Shown here in pieces: positions 49,301 to 58,965 of a DNA stretch of 64,000 nucleotides. The DNA is taken from positions 10,599-74,598 of the forward strand of contig JBAYVT010000004.1 of NCBI GenBank assembly GCA_041674405.1, written 5' to 3'. The translations under genes were made by a program, and so were the position numbers. How positions within the stretch are numbered: the first letter of the stretch is position 1; every line of letters begins with the position of its first letter. Under the pieces are notes generated by a model. The model was not told where the DNA came from and did no database searches. It was given only the letters and a program-made list of their open reading frames with translations. Origin of the DNA: Patescibacteria group bacterium. Lineage in GTDB: Bacteria > Patescibacteriota > UBA1384 > XYA2-FULL-43-10.

Positions 49301-52300
49301 GTGGCTGCGCACTTTCTTGCGCTTGCATTATCATTGTTTAGGAGCCCCGAAGCGGTACCTTTTTGCAGATTGAGGCTAGAATCTAGAATTGAGCTGCCGA
49401 TTTTTGCGAATACGCTCTTTGAATTGCCGTTAAATATATTGAAGATATCGTCAGCGGTCAATCTTCCGGATCCTATTTGTGTTCCGATAGATTGGTTTAC
49501 AGAAGATGCGGCAAGCTTGTCGACTATGTTGTAGCCAGAAACCTTTAGGTAGTCGAGCGGGACTTGCCCACCGGAGCTATTTTTATTCTGCCTTGAAAAT
49601 ACCGCTTCGCTTTCTTCAGTCGAGATATTTAGCCCGAAGTCCAAAATCTTTTCAAATTGGATAAGATTAGCATCGCTAAATGGCTTGGACGATGTATTAT
49701 CAGAAACAAATGTGTCTAGGGCAGCTTTTATTTTATCAGCACTTCCATAATCCTTTAGGAAGTCTTTTGCCGCGGCAATTCCTTCGGCAGAAAATTGTGG
49801 CGGGAATGACCTAAAATAATTTTCGAGGTAAGAAGGAACTCCGCTGCCTGTTTGTGAAGCTCCTTTAGATATGTCCAAAGATAACAAATAAACTGCGTTT
49901 GCAATTTCGTCAGTATAATTTATTTTTTTATCATCGTTTGCGCTCTTGTATTCACTAGCAGCAGAATATGTGCTAAATATATGTTCGCCGGCTTTGTCGA
50001 AATACACGTAGCTATTGTCTGGTATGGTCGTGCCTGCGATATCGACATTTTGTATGGGCTGGCAGGGATTGTCAGGCGTTGCTGCTGCCATTAAGTAATT
50101 GTTGTGGTCGACGAAGTAAATTTGGTTAACCCCAGGATTGTCATTTCCTCCCTTGTGTGTCATAAACGCCTTAATCGCTGCTTCGGAAACATGCATTTTT
50201 GTTGCCAAAAGCCTGATAGTATCGCTGTCAGCTTCCGATTGGTCATATCCACCGATTTGTTGTCCGGTGATAAATTTCTCGGTCGTCCCGGCCGGCAGCT
50301 TGCTTTTCACGTCATTCGCAATCGCCTTGGAGCGAGCCGAAGACCACGCGCTGAAGCTGTTGTTCATAAGGTCATCAAGATCAAATCCCTTTAGTCCCAT
50401 GCCCGATGCAAGAATATTGTTTGCTTTGCTCCGGCTTATTTTCAATTTGTTTACCATGCCGTCACGAAGGTCTGCCAAAGATTTTGGTGACGACAGATCA
50501 GATCCTGTTAAAATTGAGCTTCCGGCAACTCCAGCTTGCTCCTCAAGAGCTGCTGAACCGATGGCACGGAAAAAAATGTCTTTGAAACTTTGGCTGTTCT
50601 TTGCTTGGTCATTGTTTTTTGCCAGAGCCAGTGCGTCCGAAGCATATTTTAGGGCCTTTGAAGAGATCCCCAAGCTGCCGCTTAGTTTAGCTGAGGCAGC
50701 GCCAGATACTAAATCTTGCAAAGTAGTTTTTCCGGACAGGAACGAAACCAGGTCTCCCAATCCAAGCTTGGAGCCACCCAGATCGATGGAGGAAAACTTA
50801 ATATCACTCAAGTGCAAATCTTCAATCTTAAAATCCGCCTGCTCGTTTCCAGTGGTGATCTCATATGCAGATTTTGTGATATCTTGTACATTCTGCATTA
50901 CGCCATTGAGCTGGTGCAGATAATCGGAAAATGTTCCGTCATTGCTTGAAAGGCCTTCGGAGAGATCTGTAGATCCGGAAAATACCGGGGAGCTTGCTTC
51001 GTTAATGATACTGCCAATCGCGATTGCGGCTGTTGTTGTGTCTCCGCCTCCCGGGTTTGCATCAGCCTTTTCGGCAGCGGTCGCGAACACAGACAAAGCC
51101 TGTTTTAGAGCGTCATCCTTTGCTTTTATTGTGCTATTTAATTTGTCTGATACTGCGCTTGAAGCAGACGTATAACTTTGTATTCGTTGATTTAGAGTGT
51201 TCAGTGTGGACTTAATGCCGTTGATTCGGTCGGTATAATATGCCTGATCGCGAACATTTTTATTTTCTAATACATTTGAATTGTTTGCTTCTTGTGTTTT
51301 TTTATCGTCATAGCCCGAAGTCTCAAGTGCTTGCCTTAAGTTTTTTTGCCCTATTTTTTTGAAAGTACCGGCCGGGTCTGATCCTATGCCAAATAAATTT
51401 GCGAAATCGATCTGGTTTATGCCAAGCCTTGAGGCATAGGTTTGCACCTGGATTTGTGCGGTCTGCAAAGACGGCTCCTCTGCTGTATTGGTGGGAACAT
51501 CTGTTGTAAATGTTGCATTTGGATTTTTAAACCAGTTGCTCAAATTTGTTCTTGATTGCTCGCCGTTTTCAAGAGCGCTCGATAGAGCAAAGATGCCAGC
51601 GTTCAATAACTGGTCCTGAGAAATTGTCCCCCCAAGAAAACTGGCCAGAGTGCCGGCAGGCAGATTAAAAATACTATCATTTTGGCCATATGAACCATTA
51701 AAGTTTTTGTATACATCCGCTCTTTTTGTGATGTAGCTTTCTGCAATTTGCTGTAGATAATTTGGAAGAGAAAGAACCCCGGCCTTAAGAGACGCTGTTG
51801 TTCCCGATCCCAAGCCGAAATCGGTATCGAGGGCACTTGGAAATGCGATTATGGTTGAAAGCTGGTTTTTTCCAATTGTAGAAAGCACATCATTAAGTCC
51901 GGATTTATTGAATGATCCCGAGGCAAGGCCAAATTGATTTTCAATTAATCTTGCTCCGATTTGGCTATATAGGCTTGGCTGATTCATTGACTGAACGTCG
52001 AAAACTCCCTCTGGCAGTGAAAGTTCTTGAATTATTCTCTCTCTTCCGATTTGGGCGAGAATATCGGCCCTGTTCTCGCCGGTGAGTGAGCCGTAGGGGA
52101 GGCCAAGGGCTTGTTCTATCCCGGCCCTACCCAGAGATTCTTCGAGGCCATCAATATTTAAGACCGAACCATCCATAAATGGGCCAGAAGGCAACGATAA
52201 GGCTTCTGCAATTATCGAGCCGCCGATTTGTTGTAACGTACCGGAAAGGTCAAGGTTCCAAAAATCTGAATCAGTTCCAGAGTTGATGGTATTGGCAAGA

Positions 52301-53667
52301 AATTGTTGGCCAACCAAGGTTAATACATCACTGAAACTATCTATGTTCATATTCTGTATATCAGAGAAATTCAGCCCGAGGCCAGATAGCATTTCAGTTA
52401 TCGAGTCCTGGGACATTCTCTGTATTGCCGTATTGAAACTGGAATCAATCGCTGCCTTGTCTTTATTGTATCCTTCGGATGTTTGCCACAAGAGCTTAAT
52501 GTTCATTGGAGGCTGGGGGATCTTGGTATCGCTGCCAATGCGGCGTTTTTTGATCAAGGTGCAGCGTATATCATCGATTTGCGAAATATCAAAAGCCTGC
52601 CCTGCATTATGCGCTGAAACTATCCGCGGGCTTTCATTGGTAATAATAAAATCTGAGATCGATTTCCCGTTATCATCAACGAGTTGCCCGCTTAAGAGGC
52701 TATCCTTTTGCTGAATTCCTGCTTCCGCTGCTAGTTCCCCAACGCCAGAATTGTCTTCCTGTGCCTTGTATTCCTCAATTGTTTGTTCTGATTCGGCTTT
52801 TTTCTCACTGTCTTTTTGTTCGGCCACCTCAGATTCCCTGGAGAATTTGGTTACATCGTTTGTATAACTATTTCTAATCTTATCAACCTGAATTCGCCAG
52901 TGCCCGGCACCTCCAATGGGGCTATTTTTTGGACGGACCAGATAATTGAGGGTATCAATAATCCGTTTATCAATTTTGGTATTTATAATACCTTCGACAG
53001 CGGAAACCACATATTGTTTTCCTGAATCATCCTGCATTTGTTGAATCATTGATTCTTGGTCAGTTTCAAATATCTGTGCAAGAATATTTGGGCTTGCGAG
53101 AAGACGCTGTGTTAGATATCCCTGCGTGAAATATTTTGCGGATGCGTTGTCAGCAAATTTTGAAAAGCCTTCCCAGTCACTTTCGCGCATTTGGTTTAGG
53201 CTGCTTATGTCTTTGCCGGTTAAGCGTGAAAGCTCAGACGCATCGCTTTTAAGGTCTGGGAGAACAGAATTGACCAAAGCAATATTTTCCAGATCTTTCT
53301 TGTCGCTTGGGTTTAGAATTATTTTGTCCGACAAAATCAAACCGGTTGAGCTCGCATTTTTATTAAGTGGTGCAGGCGCAACGTATTGGGTGACTGGGGC
53401 TGCATCAGTGTCTGGGGTGGCAATCAACTCATCGGCAGGGAGCGAATCATCAAAATTATCTGTTGCCGGTCCGCTTGCGGGAACTGTATCTTTAGCAGAT
53501 TCTCCGGAGTAATCAGCATCTGACCCAACCTGGTCATTTCCTGAATTAGCATATTGATCCTCTTCGAGTGCCTGCACAATCATGGGTTGGTATGGCAACA
53601 TTACCGAAGTTATGATTACAATCGGTATTACTAGAAAAGAAAACAATTTTATAAATTTATTTGTCAT
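46378..53667 (-). CDS. Giant secreted or surface protein (2429 aa) with no recognised catalytic domain and a recurrent G-[LF]-P-x-G-[TS] motif
   Basis: N-terminal signal/TM MTNKFIKLFSFLVIPIVIITSV. A single uninterrupted frame. Motifs LGLPYGSLTG, LSLPEGVF, LSLPSGPF, LGLPAGSLKSG, LGLPDGTTV, AGLPEGTMA, GLAPGTLS and FGLPPGTSQ recur along the length. Confidence 0.7.
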   Translation of the reverse strand: MTNKFIKLFSFLVIPIVIITSVMLPYQPMIVQALEEDQYANSGNDQVGSDADYSGESAKDTVPASGPATDNFDDSLPADELIATPDTDAAPVTQYVAPAPLNKNASSTGLILSDKIILNPSDKKDLENIALVNSVLPDLKSDASELSRLTGKDISSLNQMRESDWEGFSKFADNASAKYFTQGYLTQRLLASPNILAQIFETDQESMIQQMQDDSGKQYVVSAVEGIINTKIDKRIIDTLNYLVRPKNSPIGGAGHWRIQVDKIRNSYTNDVTKFSRESEVAEQKDSEKKAESEQTIEEYKAQEDNSGVGELAAEAGIQQKDSLLSGQLVDDNGKSISDFIITNESPRIVSAHNAGQAFDISQIDDIRCTLIKKRRIGSDTKIPQPPMNIKLLWQTSEGYNKDKAAIDSSFNTAIQRMSQDSITEMLSGLGLNFSDIQNMNIDSFSDVLTLVGQQFLANTINSGTDSDFWNLDLSGTLQQIGGSIIAEALSLPSGPFMDGSVLNIDGLEESLGRAGIEQALGLPYGSLTGENRADILAQIGRERIIQELSLPEGVFDVQSMNQPSLYSQIGARLIENQFGLASGSFNKSGLNDVLSTIGKNQLSTIIAFPSALDTDFGLGSGTTASLKAGVLSLPNYLQQIAESYITKRADVYKNFNGSYGQNDSIFNLPAGTLASFLGGTISQDQLLNAGIFALSSALENGEQSRTNLSNWFKNPNATFTTDVPTNTAEEPSLQTAQIQVQTYASRLGINQIDFANLFGIGSDPAGTFKKIGQKNLRQALETSGYDDKKTQEANNSNVLENKNVRDQAYYTDRINGIKSTLNTLNQRIQSYTSASSAVSDKLNSTIKAKDDALKQALSVFATAAEKADANPGGGDTTTAAIAIGSIINEASSPVFSGSTDLSEGLSSNDGTFSDYLHQLNGVMQNVQDITKSAYEITTGNEQADFKIEDLHLSDIKFSSIDLGGSKLGLGDLVSFLSGKTTLQDLVSGAASAKLSGSLGISSKALKYASDALALAKNNDQAKNSQSFKDIFFRAIGSAALEEQAGVAGSSILTGSDLSSPKSLADLRDGMVNKLKISRSKANNILASGMGLKGFDLDDLMNNSFSAWSSARSKAIANDVKSKLPAGTTEKFITGQQIGGYDQSEADSDTIRLLATKMHVSEAAIKAFMTHKGGNDNPGVNQIYFVDHNNYLMAAATPDNPCQPIQNVDIAGTTIPDNSYVYFDKAGEHIFSTYSAASEYKSANDDKKINYTDEIANAVYLLSLDISKGASQTGSGVPSYLENYFRSFPPQFSAEGIAAAKDFLKDYGSADKIKAALDTFVSDNTSSKPFSDANLIQFEKILDFGLNISTEESEAVFSRQNKNSSGGQVPLDYLKVSGYNIVDKLAASSVNQSIGTQIGSGRLTADDIFNIFNGNSKSVFAKIGSSILDSSLNLQKGTASGLLNNDNASARKCAATQISTNLIGNSIGTGNLDLASLFTGSSVGSNKAESLLGLPAGSLKSGNILGVAKNVGVVKFAEAFQIPVSQEEISVVNAELKSMGENFFNVNAGNSFYQKLNSVVTYYQALGTNWTGVNDALQKTIDSLVSKGSTGGFNSDTIATLFSQNEPSWNNFVGRLSFLDRNLGLPDGTTVKLLASPTAGSLGEIFPINQYVRQVTDAATQNNLISGLIKGLGLQDGSDRQITDGDINNLITWIKDPGDNMGDLYGTLNNIFSWNLDKKAGLPEGTMATILQDPQTTFNRLISFGAEAFDSSLGLTSVFKTLILGNPDIRCGLSIFGGSGDTESCLKSTIGGQLNTLVGDAFKDLQVNFTIKDIAGNLEYSLKNLLNMDGFDSSTFQQILYGDFRPIQLLGAVMNIPQMYSGKDGLPFNLGIFETYDNAINALNSFKFNFSDLTRLVYGDLTQEIAVRLAAEQQRWNQLTNSSYNWTIAAGNATFNVSTGILSDSTTSSNLGPPNGIINIGLNFPGASDTSSAPILNLQVDNGLRITAGIDTGAAIDSLLNVRIGNTRALDVLNAGQAAIDFATNIWSQGVEYKSIDLALHRLDPNIPADFARSMFQGNDWTRTTTLLEYAEGLIRNDLGIDFLPGGFLGTLQNFISDPNSFDFKSALNGLLGSATADGTLVNTIDNYITGKAASIFGVDFGQGTFGGILGFLQTGSLEGALSIAGNKLQSLADIYGGPSFALNFVGGFVDKTFGLPPGTSQNLYNLYQNFKQAEQAFAASGGSGASGANLANAKAAAISYAARLVLGDTLAKWDEQLGLAPGTLSLLLDATISFLYGNWIQAAIDVAIILYNNLFGVYKVEYLCTADGYYPSIESPPSPDIVDNGNLGVWNGIDSKTRERKIIEAAQYKANKFIQNLYDMPSSTDDQKLVPTQVMTGRWEDVNAWSALTSDTICKNVTGGGQTNGLCNGTKAGMWANPQTTAYTHVGF

Positions 53668-54670
53668 GAAGGGCCCATAGTCCTTTTATAAGTCCGCTAT
53701 TTAATTCGCTGGCAGGCGAATATCTGGCCGGCCGGCCGCGCGACGCTTCGGCTGAAGGATCGTTCAGTACTAAGAATTTGTCGTCTTTGCTCACTCCGAT
53801 AATTACAACCCAGTGTTGGCCGGTAGCCCGAAAGGCTGTAATACCTTGTGCTAAAATTGGATTTCCAGCGGCAATCTCTTTTTTGACCGAGTCTAAATTT
53901 CGAGGGACCTGTGCGAGCTCTTTGTTTAACCCTTTACTGTTTATGTAGCTGACCCAAGTAGCCTTGTCGAGCGCCATGCTGTGGTTTGTGTCAGCCAAAT
54001 ACTGGCCTAAAATATAGGGGGTTATTCCGGAAACTCCATAATAATTTGCAATCATTGCGGATGATGTAATTGCACACGCAGCACCTGCATACGAATTACG
54101 TTTACTGCTCCATCCTGCTGCTTGGCCAGGTTTGTCTCCCCATCTGGGATCGCCTTGATTGAAATACCATTTTGTCGGATCTCCAGGAACCGTTATTGAG
54201 TTGCCAAGAACTTGTTTTATATCGGCGGCATCAGCCTCGCTATAAACCGAAGCATCGATTGGCTGAGATTTTCCATCCATTCCACGATTTGATCCTGACA
54301 TTCTGCCAAAGGCAGGGACGGTTATGAAAAATATTAGGAGAATGACAATGGCAATTGTGGTTAATGTCGGCCAGTTTGCGATCAAAAATGTTTTCAAAAA
54401 ATTTTTGGTCGCGAATTTTAGTGCTTTGTTCGATAAATTATCCAGCGCTTTGCCAATAACCGGTAGTCTCTTTGCTGCCTCCCACGCTCCGCCAGTTGCT
54501 GCATCAAGCGCCTTGTCTTTGCCTGCATCGATTGCTTTATTAAGGACCTTGTTGCCGGTAACGCCGGAACCAGAACCGGATTTTGCCGCCGTTATGGCCG
54601 AGCCTCTCTCGTTTGGGCGCGGAGCCTCTGATTGTCCATCTAAATTTTCGTTATTAAATTCTTCTGGCAT
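53657..54670 (-). CDS. Membrane-anchored papain-like cysteine peptidase (Peptidase_C39_2-like), candidate cell-wall hydrolase
   Basis: Cytoplasmic N-terminus, one TM (WPTLTTIAIVILLIFFITVPAF), then YFNQGDPRWGDKPG...YAGAACAITSSAMIANYYG with a candidate catalytic Cys. Start taken at MPEEF. Confidence 0.55.
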   Translation of the reverse strand: MPEEFNNENLDGQSEAPRPNERGSAITAAKSGSGSGVTGNKVLNKAIDAGKDKALDAATGGAWEAAKRLPVIGKALDNLSNKALKFATKNFLKTFLIANWPTLTTIAIVILLIFFITVPAFGRMSGSNRGMDGKSQPIDASVYSEADAADIKQVLGNSITVPGDPTKWYFNQGDPRWGDKPGQAAGWSSKRNSYAGAACAITSSAMIANYYGVSGITPYILGQYLADTNHSMALDKATWVSYINSKGLNKELAQVPRNLDSVKKEIAAGNPILAQGITAFRATGQHWVVIIGVSKDDKFLVLNDPSAEASRGRPARYSPASELNSGLIKGLWALHDK

Positions 54671-54672
54671 AT

Positions 54673-55821
54673 TTAGCTCCAATTTCCTCCATATTGAAAA
54701 TGCATTGCGTCGCATACTCCCTTAAATTTTGCTCCCCAAAAAAACCCGTTTTTTTCAAAAGCATCTGAAACAGCTTTGGGAATATCATGGGGGCACCCTG
54801 CTGGGTCACGAGGCCTTCCGGATCGTCTTCCATTGGGATTTTGGCCTGGATTAATATCACATGCTGCGCCAGTTGAGTGTGGGCTAAGAAGGCTGGGGCT
54901 ATTCACATTGTGCCTCCAGTTATAACATCCAATATCTTTGATCTTGTATGTTGATCCACTACTTTTGATATCATTTACAACATTTTGGAGGGCAGGAACT
55001 ATATACTTATTTACTCGAATTGAGTGGCCGAGAAAATTGAAATTAACTAGCTGCTTTTCTACTTCATTTTGTGTTTTTGAATGAAGAGCAGACTGAGCCT
55101 GTGATAATGACTTCCAGATTCCCACCTGTCCACTGCTTCCCGGACCATAACCACGAAAGTCTAAAGATCCGGAGACAAAATTATTAACTGGATTGGGGCT
55201 GGAACATTGTATTTGCCCAGGAACCAATTGTTTTAGAAAAGTGAAAAATATTTCCCTGTCTTCCGAGACATTATTTCTTGAATCAGATTCCGGCGTATAT
55301 GCATCGATCCACCAAGTTTGAATCGCGGTTCCGGCAGGGCGATTTCCATAAGGCGCAACATTATCTCGTGCTTTTGTCAGGGTTTTTACATGTTTTGTGA
55401 GCTGGTCCTCGAAGGATGTGCTACCAGGAGCGACGCCAAACGCATAGCTTGGTTTGCCAAAGTTTTGCTCCTTGCCCCATGTGGCGATTGCTACAGCCGG
55501 ATTTACACCAGCGGCCCTTGTGGCCTGAAGGATCTGATCAATACGCTCCTTGGAAGGCATGATACTTCTTCCGCCGAGTTTGGAGATTACAGAAGCAGAA
55601 TCTGGAATTTCAGATGTGGAAGGACTTGTCCAGTTCTGATCTGGCATAACACATTCACCACCACCCCCCATAGCCAAGGGGGTTTCACCGGTGTTTTTGC
55701 GCATTGTTGCAAATGTCATGCCAGCAGCTGTGCCGGCGACGAGGAATGTCAAAACTGCGCTGATTCCAATTGCAATCACCACATTTCCTCCGGATCGTGA
55801 ATTTAATTTGGCTCCCTCCAT
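54673..55821 (-). CDS. Membrane-anchored peptidoglycan hydrolase with a C-terminal M15 (VanY-like) zinc peptidase domain
   Basis: N-terminal TM. SPHSTGAACDI (SxHxxGxAxD) and FFWGAKFKGVCDAMHFQY at the C-terminus are typical of M15 D,D-peptidases. Confidence 0.6.
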   Translation of the reverse strand: MEGAKLNSRSGGNVVIAIGISAVLTFLVAGTAAGMTFATMRKNTGETPLAMGGGGECVMPDQNWTSPSTSEIPDSASVISKLGGRSIMPSKERIDQILQATRAAGVNPAVAIATWGKEQNFGKPSYAFGVAPGSTSFEDQLTKHVKTLTKARDNVAPYGNRPAGTAIQTWWIDAYTPESDSRNNVSEDREIFFTFLKQLVPGQIQCSSPNPVNNFVSGSLDFRGYGPGSSGQVGIWKSLSQAQSALHSKTQNEVEKQLVNFNFLGHSIRVNKYIVPALQNVVNDIKSSGSTYKIKDIGCYNWRHNVNSPSLLSPHSTGAACDINPGQNPNGRRSGRPRDPAGCPHDIPKAVSDAFEKNGFFWGAKFKGVCDAMHFQYGGNWS

Positions 55822-55832
55822 TTATCCCTCGC

Positions 55833-57104
55833 CTACAAACCTGTTTGATACAAATGGTTATTCGAAACAAAGTATAGAGTTTTGTTGTCCTTCGAAATCG
55901 AAAGTTCTGTAATATATACGCCCGAAAGTGGAATCGAGAAACCGATTTTTTGTTTAGAATCTACATTAAATTTAAACAAACTTTCTTGCTGTGTCTCCGG
56001 GTCATAGGTAGCGACGGCGATATTGGAATTATCAATCCAAACAATTTTGGAGATTATCGCTTTTATTCCAAGATCTCTGGCGTTTGATCCGTCGCTATTC
56101 ATAACGGATACCTCTGATTTAACTGGATTTGAAGGGTCATCCGAGGTGGTTGTGTAGATAATTTTATTACCATCTGGCGAATATAAGGCTTCTTGGTTGT
56201 TGCCAGTGTCGGTAATATTTTTTACAGCCATCGTGTAAGCATTCAAAAGATAAATTTTGTTGCCGCTTGCATCGGTATTGCGTGGGATAATAAGCAGCCA
56301 TTCTGACGAAGGCGACCATCTAAGATATGGGTTTGTAATGCCGTAATCTTTTAGGTTGAGGGCACGTTTGATGTTTGTGTTTGCCTTGTCCGCGAAAATG
56401 ATTGATTGTTCGCCCGAAGATGGGGCATATGAATAAGCAATCTTGGAATCGTCTGGTGCCCAGGCGACATTACCGATATCGTCCCCAAATTTAACTTCCT
56501 GTTGGCTGACAAAATTATATTTTTGAAAATCAAAAAAGTATGCGGCGCTTCCTTTCTGAAAGAGGGCAGCATCTTTCTTGGGTCCCCAGACAATATTCGT
56601 AATTCCGGAAAAACCAGGATTTGATATCTGTCTTACATAGTCTACACTGCGGTCAGATTTGAACTGGATTTTGTAAAGTGCTGATTTGCCGCTTCCTAGA
56701 AACATAAGCGAGTCATCTTCATCACCGGTTGTGATATTATCTACCGGCAAATCTTTAATGTTACCAAGTGGCAGGACAATCGGTTTTGGTACCTCGACAA
56801 GATCAACTTGCACAGATTTACTGCGCCCGCCACTCAGAGTCAAATTCATAATTTGCGTTACGTATCCGTTTTTCTTGACAGTCAGAACATGATCGCCGGG
56901 TTTTGTGGTAATCTTGGCCGTGCCGTCAGGCAGGGTGCTTACAGGGGCGCTGTCAAGCAAAATGTTGGCGTCTTGCGGGGTAAATTTGACCGACAGAGTA
57001 GATCGGTTCAGGAGAATTATTAGGACCACCGCTGCAACCACTAAAATTCCCAAAAGCAGATACGCTTTTGATCTTAAAAAATTCATTTCGTCTGTGATTT
57101 TCAT
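55833..57104 (-). CDS. Membrane-anchored TolB-like beta-propeller protein with a PEGA-like domain
   Basis: A TM helix, then LTVKKNGYVTQIMNLTLSGG (PEGA-like) and repeated ...SPDG/KIAY... propeller blades. The start, taken at MKITDE, abuts the VirB4 stop. Confidence 0.5.
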   Translation of the reverse strand: MKITDEMNFLRSKAYLLLGILVVAAVVLIILLNRSTLSVKFTPQDANILLDSAPVSTLPDGTAKITTKPGDHVLTVKKNGYVTQIMNLTLSGGRSKSVQVDLVEVPKPIVLPLGNIKDLPVDNITTGDEDDSLMFLGSGKSALYKIQFKSDRSVDYVRQISNPGFSGITNIVWGPKKDAALFQKGSAAYFFDFQKYNFVSQQEVKFGDDIGNVAWAPDDSKIAYSYAPSSGEQSIIFADKANTNIKRALNLKDYGITNPYLRWSPSSEWLLIIPRNTDASGNKIYLLNAYTMAVKNITDTGNNQEALYSPDGNKIIYTTTSDDPSNPVKSEVSVMNSDGSNARDLGIKAIISKIVWIDNSNIAVATYDPETQQESLFKFNVDSKQKIGFSIPLSGVYITELSISKDNKTLYFVSNNHLYQTGL

Positions 57105-57105
57105 A

Positions 57106-58965
57106 TTATTCTCCCAATAATTGTTTCGGATCCGTGGTGATGATTTGATCTTCGGCATATGATGCAACAATTTTTATGGCGACATGGTTTAAACCGGCGA
57201 AAAACAATCCTTCGCCTACATCCGATTGCAATAGAATATATTTTTCCCCCTCCGTAAGGCCGAAAGTCTCTGCGATTACATCGATTGACGAAGTGGATTG
57301 CTTCATGAGCATCTGCATAGAAGAGTTGGCAACCACTGCTTTTCCATATCTTGAACCTAAGAAATCTTCCACATCTTGGCTGATCACGGTAACTCCAAGG
57401 TAGTATTTGCGCGCCCGTTTTACTAAGCCGTGTAAGAATTTGGCAGAATCTTCGTATTGCATCATCCACCAAGCTTCATCAATAACCATCAAGCGGCGGC
57501 GCATATCCATGCGGATTTTGGTCCAGATATAATTTAATATCAGATACATCGCGATCGGCCGAAGTTGCTCTTCGAGATCGCGGACCGAAAACACCACAAA
57601 ACCAGGCTTGAGTTCAAAGTTGGTAGTCTGGTTGAACATGCCAGCAAACGTGCCTTCGGTATATTTAGACAACCGCGCCCTCAAAGACTCGCTGCTGCCC
57701 ATATTGGACAGAACATTGTAGAAATCTTGCATCACTGGCGGCTCATTTTTTTGGCTCTCTGGGTCGGTAGTAATGTCTTTGATCGCATATGTCTCATACA
57801 AACCCTTATCTACCAGAGCGTCTTCTTCTGGGGAAAGTCCACCAACCATAAGATTGATGAGTCCGTGCAACGAAGAGATGGTTGACCTTAGAACATCATC
57901 TCCCGATTCTTCTCCTGATTCGGAATGGGGAAGATCAAAAGGGTTAATGCGATGCTCGGCATTTAAAGAAATGCTTAGATAACTGCCCCCGACGGCCTCA
58001 CAGAGCGACTTATATTCATTTTCTGGGTCAACTACGACCACATCTGTTCCCGACATCAAATAGCGCAAAATTTCAAGCTTAACTGCGTAAGATTTACCAG
58101 AGCCGGACTTTGCAAAAACCACTGAATTGGCATTTTCCAGATCAAATCTGTCAAAAATTATCAAAGAATTATTGTGGCGATTGATCCCGTACAATATTCC
58201 GTCATCCTGGGTAAGCTCAGTAGATGTAAACGGGAAGGTTGATGAGAGTGATCCAGTATCAAGGTTGCGAAGAACACCGATTTCATCAGTCATCAGAGGA
58301 AGGGTGGTGTTGAAACCCTGTTCCATCTGCAGGAGTGTTTGTTTGGAGTAAACTAGCATGCCGCCGAGAGTAGATTCAAGCTGTTCTGTCAGGGTGTTGA
58401 GATCGTCTGGGGTTTTTCCATAAATTGTGAAATATAATCCGAACTGGAACAACCTCATCTCACCTCGTTGTAACACGTCACGCAAGGACTCAACATCTCC
58501 TAGTGCTGTTTCCATTTCCGGATCTCTTGGGGCACCCTTCTCTTGCTCGATCATCATCGTTGACTCAAGTTTTCCGACTTGTTTTTTAAGGTCATACATG
58601 ACATCTTTTGACTCGAGCGGGTGAATATACATCCCAATATCCATCGTAAGATCATAATCAATGATTGGGGAAAGCCAATTTGTATCTAGGTAACGCGGAT
58701 AGGTAAATACGAATAAAGTTTTGATAAAATACTCACCCAGTTGCAGATAATTCGGTGTCACAACAAAAGCTGCCGGAGCGATGAGGTCACGCACCGAAGA
58801 TAATCCCTGCGATACGGCATCGATTGTTTGGTCGGTTGCCTTATCGGCCCAGAATTTAGGATCCGAAGCTTGTTTTTCTCGCTTTGCAATGTTTTTTTGG
58901 GCAAGAGCTCTTGGGTCCTGGGTTGCTATTTGTTTTTGATCGTTATCAGCCATTTTACCAGCCAA
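57106..58965 (-). CDS. VirB4/TraE/PrgJ-family type IV secretion ATPase (body and ATPase domain)
   Basis: VVFAKSGSGKSYAV Walker A, LMVIDEAWWMM Walker B, and the upstream VTPNYLQLGEYFIKTLFVFTYPRYLDTNWLSPII region typical of Gram-positive VirB4 homologs. Confidence 0.8.
   Translation of the reverse strand: MAGKMADNDQKQIATQDPRALAQKNIAKREKQASDPKFWADKATDQTIDAVSQGLSSVRDLIAPAAFVVTPNYLQLGEYFIKTLFVFTYPRYLDTNWLSPIIDYDLTMDIGMYIHPLESKDVMYDLKKQVGKLESTMMIEQEKGAPRDPEMETALGDVESLRDVLQRGEMRLFQFGLYFTIYGKTPDDLNTLTEQLESTLGGMLVYSKQTLLQMEQGFNTTLPLMTDEIGVLRNLDTGSLSSTFPFTSTELTQDDGILYGINRHNNSLIIFDRFDLENANSVVFAKSGSGKSYAVKLEILRYLMSGTDVVVVDPENEYKSLCEAVGGSYLSISLNAEHRINPFDLPHSESGEESGDDVLRSTISSLHGLINLMVGGLSPEEDALVDKGLYETYAIKDITTDPESQKNEPPVMQDFYNVLSNMGSSESLRARLSKYTEGTFAGMFNQTTNFELKPGFVVFSVRDLEEQLRPIAMYLILNYIWTKIRMDMRRRLMVIDEAWWMMQYEDSAKFLHGLVKRARKYYLGVTVISQDVEDFLGSRYGKAVVANSSMQMLMKQSTSSIDVIAETFGLTEGEKYILLQSDVGEGLFFAGLNHVAIKIVASYAEDQIITTDPKQLLGE

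Noticed and set aside
50138-50923. 261-aa plus-strand ORF, and several other 60-140 aa plus-strand ORFs, inside 46378..53667
   Set aside because: They lie antisense within the uninterrupted 2429-aa minus-strand ORF, have low-complexity composition and no ribosome-binding sites. They are treated as frame artefacts.
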